Below are positions 61,185 to 64,000 of a DNA stretch of 64,000 nt, piece by piece; position 1 is the first letter of the stretch, and each line of letters starts with the position of its first letter. The notes below the pieces were generated by a model. That model was given only the letters and a program-made list of their open reading frames with translations. It had not been told where the DNA came from and did not search any database. The DNA is from Thermodesulfobacteriota bacterium. Lineage in GTDB: Bacteria; Desulfobacterota; Desulfobulbia; Desulfobulbales; SURF-16. Location of the stretch: contig JBFMAY010000001.1 in assembly GCA_040755455.1 (NCBI GenBank), positions 135,896-199,895 on the forward strand. The letters run 5' to 3'. Made by a program: the position numbers and the translations under genes.

Positions 61185-62204
61185 CTACCGCCAGATCCCC
61201 TCAATTTTTTCCTTGCAGGCCGGGCAGTGGCCGTCGGCAATGTTGTTCTTTCTGATGCTGAAGCCGAAGCGGGTGATCAACTCCATGCCGCAGGCCGGGC
61301 AATAGGTGTTTTCCCCGCCTTCACCGGGGATATTGCCCTCATAGACAAAACGCAATCCCTCCTCCAGGCCGATCTCCCTGGCCTTGCGCAGGGTGCTTGC
61401 CGGGGTGCGGTCCCGGTCCATCATCTGAAAGGTCGGGTAGAAGGCGGTCACATGCCAGGGCATGGCGGGGTCCACGCTTTTGAGGAAGCGGGCAACCTCG
61501 CGCAGTTCCTGGGAAGAATCGTTCAGGCCCGGGATGATCAGGGTGGTCACCTCCACCCACACCCCCAGTTCGCGCATGAGGCGCACATTGTCCAGCACGG
61601 GCTGCAGCCGCGCCTTGCACACCTTTTTGTAGAAGCTCTCGGTAAAGGCCTTGATGTCGATGTTGATGCCGTCCAGCACCGGAGCCAGGTGCCGGGTGAC
61701 CTCGGCCGACATGTAGCCGTTGCTGACAAAGATGTTCCTGATGTTCCTCTCCCGGGCCAGCACGCAGCAATCATAGGCGAATTCATAGAAGATGGTGGGT
61801 TCCACGTAGGTATAGCTGATGCTTTGGCAGGCCTGCTCCACGGCATTTTCGACGACGTCTTTCGGGCCGGCCGGCTGGCCGATGATCGCTCCTCCCTGCA
61901 TGCGGGGATACTGGGAAATCTGGTAGTTCTGGCAGTGCAGGCAGCGGAAGTTGCAGCCCACCGTGGCGATGGAATAGGAGGTGGAGCCGGGCAGCACATG
62001 GAACATCGGTTTTTTTTCGATGGGGTCAATGTTTTCCGATACCAGTCTGCCATAGATCAGACTGTGCAGGGTGCCCTGCCGGTTTTCCCGTACCCCGCAG
62101 ATCCCCCGTCCGCCTTCCTTGATGTGGCAATGGTGATTGCAGAGATCGCAGATTACCTCGTTTTCCTGGCCGGTGTGATAAAAAAGGGCCTTCTTCATGG
62201 TCAT
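61185..62204 (-). CDS. AmmeMemoRadiSam-system-type radical SAM enzyme
   Basis: 'CDLCNHHCHIKEGGRGICGVRENRQGTLHSLIYG', 'DPIEKKPMFH' and 'GCNFRCLHCQNYQIS' (CxxxCxxC), plus a C-terminal 'CPACG...CPAC'. Confidence 0.85.
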   Translation of the reverse strand: MTMKKALFYHTGQENEVICDLCNHHCHIKEGGRGICGVRENRQGTLHSLIYGRLVSENIDPIEKKPMFHVLPGSTSYSIATVGCNFRCLHCQNYQISQYPRMQGGAIIGQPAGPKDVVENAVEQACQSISYTYVEPTIFYEFAYDCCVLARERNIRNIFVSNGYMSAEVTRHLAPVLDGINIDIKAFTESFYKKVCKARLQPVLDNVRLMRELGVWVEVTTLIIPGLNDSSQELREVARFLKSVDPAMPWHVTAFYPTFQMMDRDRTPASTLRKAREIGLEEGLRFVYEGNIPGEGGENTYCPACGMELITRFGFSIRKNNIADGHCPACKEKIEGIWR

Positions 62205-62211
62205 CTCTCCC

Positions 62212-62661
62212 CTATGGTCTCAGTTTCTTCTCCTGCTCCTGGCCGCGGATTGCCGCTTTGGCAAGCAATGCCAGCTCTTCGGATAGGAGTTCCAGGACGT
62301 CGTCAATGGCCAGGATTCCTTCCAGTGCGCCCTCATCGTTAACCACCGGCAGCCGCCGGATACCCTTGGTCCTCATTTTCTGCAGGGTATCCAGGATGCC
62401 GTCATGCAGTCCGGCGGTGATGAGCCCGTAACTCATGATGTCTCCGGCACAGGCCGCGTCCAGGCTGATCTCCTTGGCCACGAGTTCGACGATGATGTCC
62501 CGGTCGGTGAGAATGCCGACGGGAATGGTCATGCCGCCGCTCCGGTCAACCACCACCAGATCACCCACATGGTACTGGCGCATCAGCTTTGCAGCTTCAA
62601 CAATCGTTGTGTCTCTTTCGGCCACGACAACTTCCCGGTTGCAAAATTCTCCCACAGTCAT
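62212..62661 (-). CDS. CBS-pair domain protein
   Basis: Two CBS motifs: 'HVGDLVVVDRSGGMTIPVGILTDRDI' and 'IRRLPVVNDEGALEGILAIDDV'. The stop is 7 nt before the radical SAM start. Confidence 0.85.
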   Translation of the reverse strand: MTVGEFCNREVVVAERDTTIVEAAKLMRQYHVGDLVVVDRSGGMTIPVGILTDRDIIVELVAKEISLDAACAGDIMSYGLITAGLHDGILDTLQKMRTKGIRRLPVVNDEGALEGILAIDDVLELLSEELALLAKAAIRGQEQEKKLRP

Positions 62662-62880
62662 ATTACCCTCCCATTCGTCAGTTTATTGGTTTTTTGTCAT
62701 TTTTAACAAACATTATACTCTCTCCTGCCGCGGAAAAGAGAGAGAATTTTGCATTTTTCTTACTAAGAGGAAAATTCGCGCCGGGATGTTTCTGTTCGCT
62801 TTTATTTACTCCGCCGTTATTCTCTGTTAAAGTGGGCCATACATTGAAAAATAATCACCATTATTAATCTTGAGCCGCCG

Positions 62881-64000
62881 ATGAAAATCAAATTTGCTGA
62901 TTATATCAAGGAGCATGTCATCCTTGGCGACGGTGCTTTCGGCACCTATCTTTACGAAAAGGGGGTTGATTTTGGCAGAAATATTGATCTGCTCAACCTG
63001 AAAAATCCCGAGTTGATCTATTCCGTGCACGAGGAATATATTCGCGCCGGCAGCCAGCTTATTGAGACCAACACCTTCGGGGCCAACAGCTTCAAGCTGC
63101 AGAAGGCCGGCAAGGAAGAGAAGGTTGGTGAAATCAATCTGGCCGGGGCCAGGCTGGCGGTCAAGGCCGCCGGGCATGAGGTGTATGTGGCCGGCTCGGT
63201 TGGGCCCACCGGGGTGGAATTTCCCCTGATTTCCGGCGAGATCTCCCCTGACGATATCAAGGCCGCTTTTGCCGGGCAGATCAGCGCCCTGGCGGAAGGC
63301 GGAGTGGATCTGCTGATCCTGGAAACATTCACGCACCTGGAAGAGATGCTGCTGGCCATTGAGACGGCCCTGCGGGTGGGCAGCGGCCTGCCCATTGTCG
63401 CCCAGATGCTCTACCCCTCCCAGGGCAGGACGGCACGGGGCGTCGATGCCCTGGCCTGCGCCCAAGCCGCCCTGGCGGCCGGGGCCATGGTGGTGGGCAC
63501 CAACTGCGGCCGGGGGGTTGACGCCATGGCAACGGCCATCGGCCGGCTGCTTCCCCTGGCGGATGAACATGTGCCGCTTTCGGCCTTCCCCAATGCCGGA
63601 CTGCCGGAGATCATGGGCCATCGCATGGTCTACCCGGCCCAGCCCTCCTATATGGCCAGGCGGGCGGCGGAGATGCTGAAAATGGGGGTTCGTCTCATCG
63701 GCGGCTGCTGCGGGACCACGCCGGCCCATATCCATGAATTCCGCAAAACACTGAAACTGCGGCATAAAAAAGAGCTGCGTTCGGTCACGGCGCCTGCCAC
63801 TTCCCAGCAAGCCGCTGCGGCTCCTGCCGCGGTGGAAAAGAGCGGCCGGGGCGGCTTCCTTGACAATCTGCCGTCCGGCCGACTGCCCGTTCTGGTCGAG
63901 CTTGACCCGCCCACCCATCTTGATATCGAAAATGTGCTGGCCGGCGCCCGCTCCCTGGCCGCAAGCGGGGTTGACGCCGTCACCCTGGGCGAGAATCCCC
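62881..64000 (+). CDS. Bifunctional homocysteine S-methyltransferase / methylenetetrahydrofolate reductase (3' end beyond the window)
   Basis: This gene is absent from the ORF track because no stop falls in the window. My own translation gives 'MKIKFADYIKEHVILGDGAFGTYLYEKG', 'IETNTFGAN', 'GTNCG' and 'GGCCGTTPAHI' (Zn-Cys motifs). An MTHFR-like 'LPVLVELDPP...VDAVTLGENP' follows. Confidence 0.88.
   Translation, partial: MKIKFADYIKEHVILGDGAFGTYLYEKGVDFGRNIDLLNLKNPELIYSVHEEYIRAGSQLIETNTFGANSFKLQKAGKEEKVGEINLAGARLAVKAAGHEVYVAGSVGPTGVEFPLISGEISPDDIKAAFAGQISALAEGGVDLLILETFTHLEEMLLAIETALRVGSGLPIVAQMLYPSQGRTARGVDALACAQAALAAGAMVVGTNCGRGVDAMATAIGRLLPLADEHVPLSAFPNAGLPEIMGHRMVYPAQPSYMARRAAEMLKMGVRLIGGCCGTTPAHIHEFRKTLKLRHKKELRSVTAPATSQQAAAAPAAVEKSGRGGFLDNLPSGRLPVLVELDPPTHLDIENVLAGARSLAASGVDAVTLGENP

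Noticed and set aside
61095-62342. 415-aa plus-strand ORF overlapping the end of the CsgG-like gene, the radical SAM gene and the CBS gene
   Set aside because: It is antisense to two genes with clear family motifs and runs across their intergenic gap. I recognise no motifs in it.
62662-62880. Search for a SAM, SAH or cobalamin riboswitch upstream of the methionine-cycle gene
   Set aside because: I found none of the conserved cores I know (SAM-I 'AGAGGGA...GCAACC' region, B12 box). Only a simple hairpin is reported, as a low-interest finding.
62827-63918. 363-aa minus-strand ORF in the supplied track
   Set aside because: It is antisense to an unlisted plus-strand frame (62881 to the window end). 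That frame translates into clear homocysteine S-methyltransferase/MTHFR motifs ('GTNCG', 'GGCCGTTPAHI'). The minus-strand product is Gly/Arg/Pro-rich low complexity, typical of shadow ORFs in GC-rich DNA.

Overview
GC-rich, gene-dense 64-kb chromosomal segment. The protein families suggest an anaerobic Desulfobacterota-type (deltaproteobacterial) genome, but that is inference only. I can support about 37 protein-coding genes. I saw no rRNA, tRNA, CRISPR array, transposase, integrase or phage genes. Signal transduction dominates: five histidine kinases (four of them hybrid, up to 1535 aa), an edge-truncated HPt protein, two stand-alone response regulators, three GGDEF cyclases, a PilZ protein, a chemoreceptor with a c-type-haem motif, a Ser/Thr kinase and an output-less Cache/PAS sensor. 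No EAL or HD-GYP domain was seen. Housekeeping or accessory genes include TrkH/TrkA-like K+ uptake, an SbcD/YhaN-like nuclease-ATPase pair, a ZraP-like chaperone behind a sigma-54-type promoter, SulP, a phosphoribosyltransferase (PRT), CspA, an MFS transporter, a glycerophosphodiesterase (GDPD), an alpha/beta hydrolase, and a partial homocysteine methyltransferase/methylenetetrahydrofolate reductase (MTHFR) gene at the right edge. The best candidates for something undescribed are: (1) a soluble ClpB-D2::FtsH chimera with an intact HEAGH protease motif but degenerate ATPase motifs, sitting between a PilZ gene and a PRT gene; (2) a Ser/Thr kinase whose periplasmic domain looks CsgG-like, divergent from a CsgG::SH3 lipoprotein; (3) a B12-radical-SAM::FKBP::TPR fusion; (4) an acuABC-like acetylation module built on a CoA-transferase::GNAT fusion; (5) a ~58-nt hairpin repeat present in three intergenic copies; (6) a response regulator with a Cys/His C-terminal module. 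All family calls come from motif recognition by eye. No database search was run.
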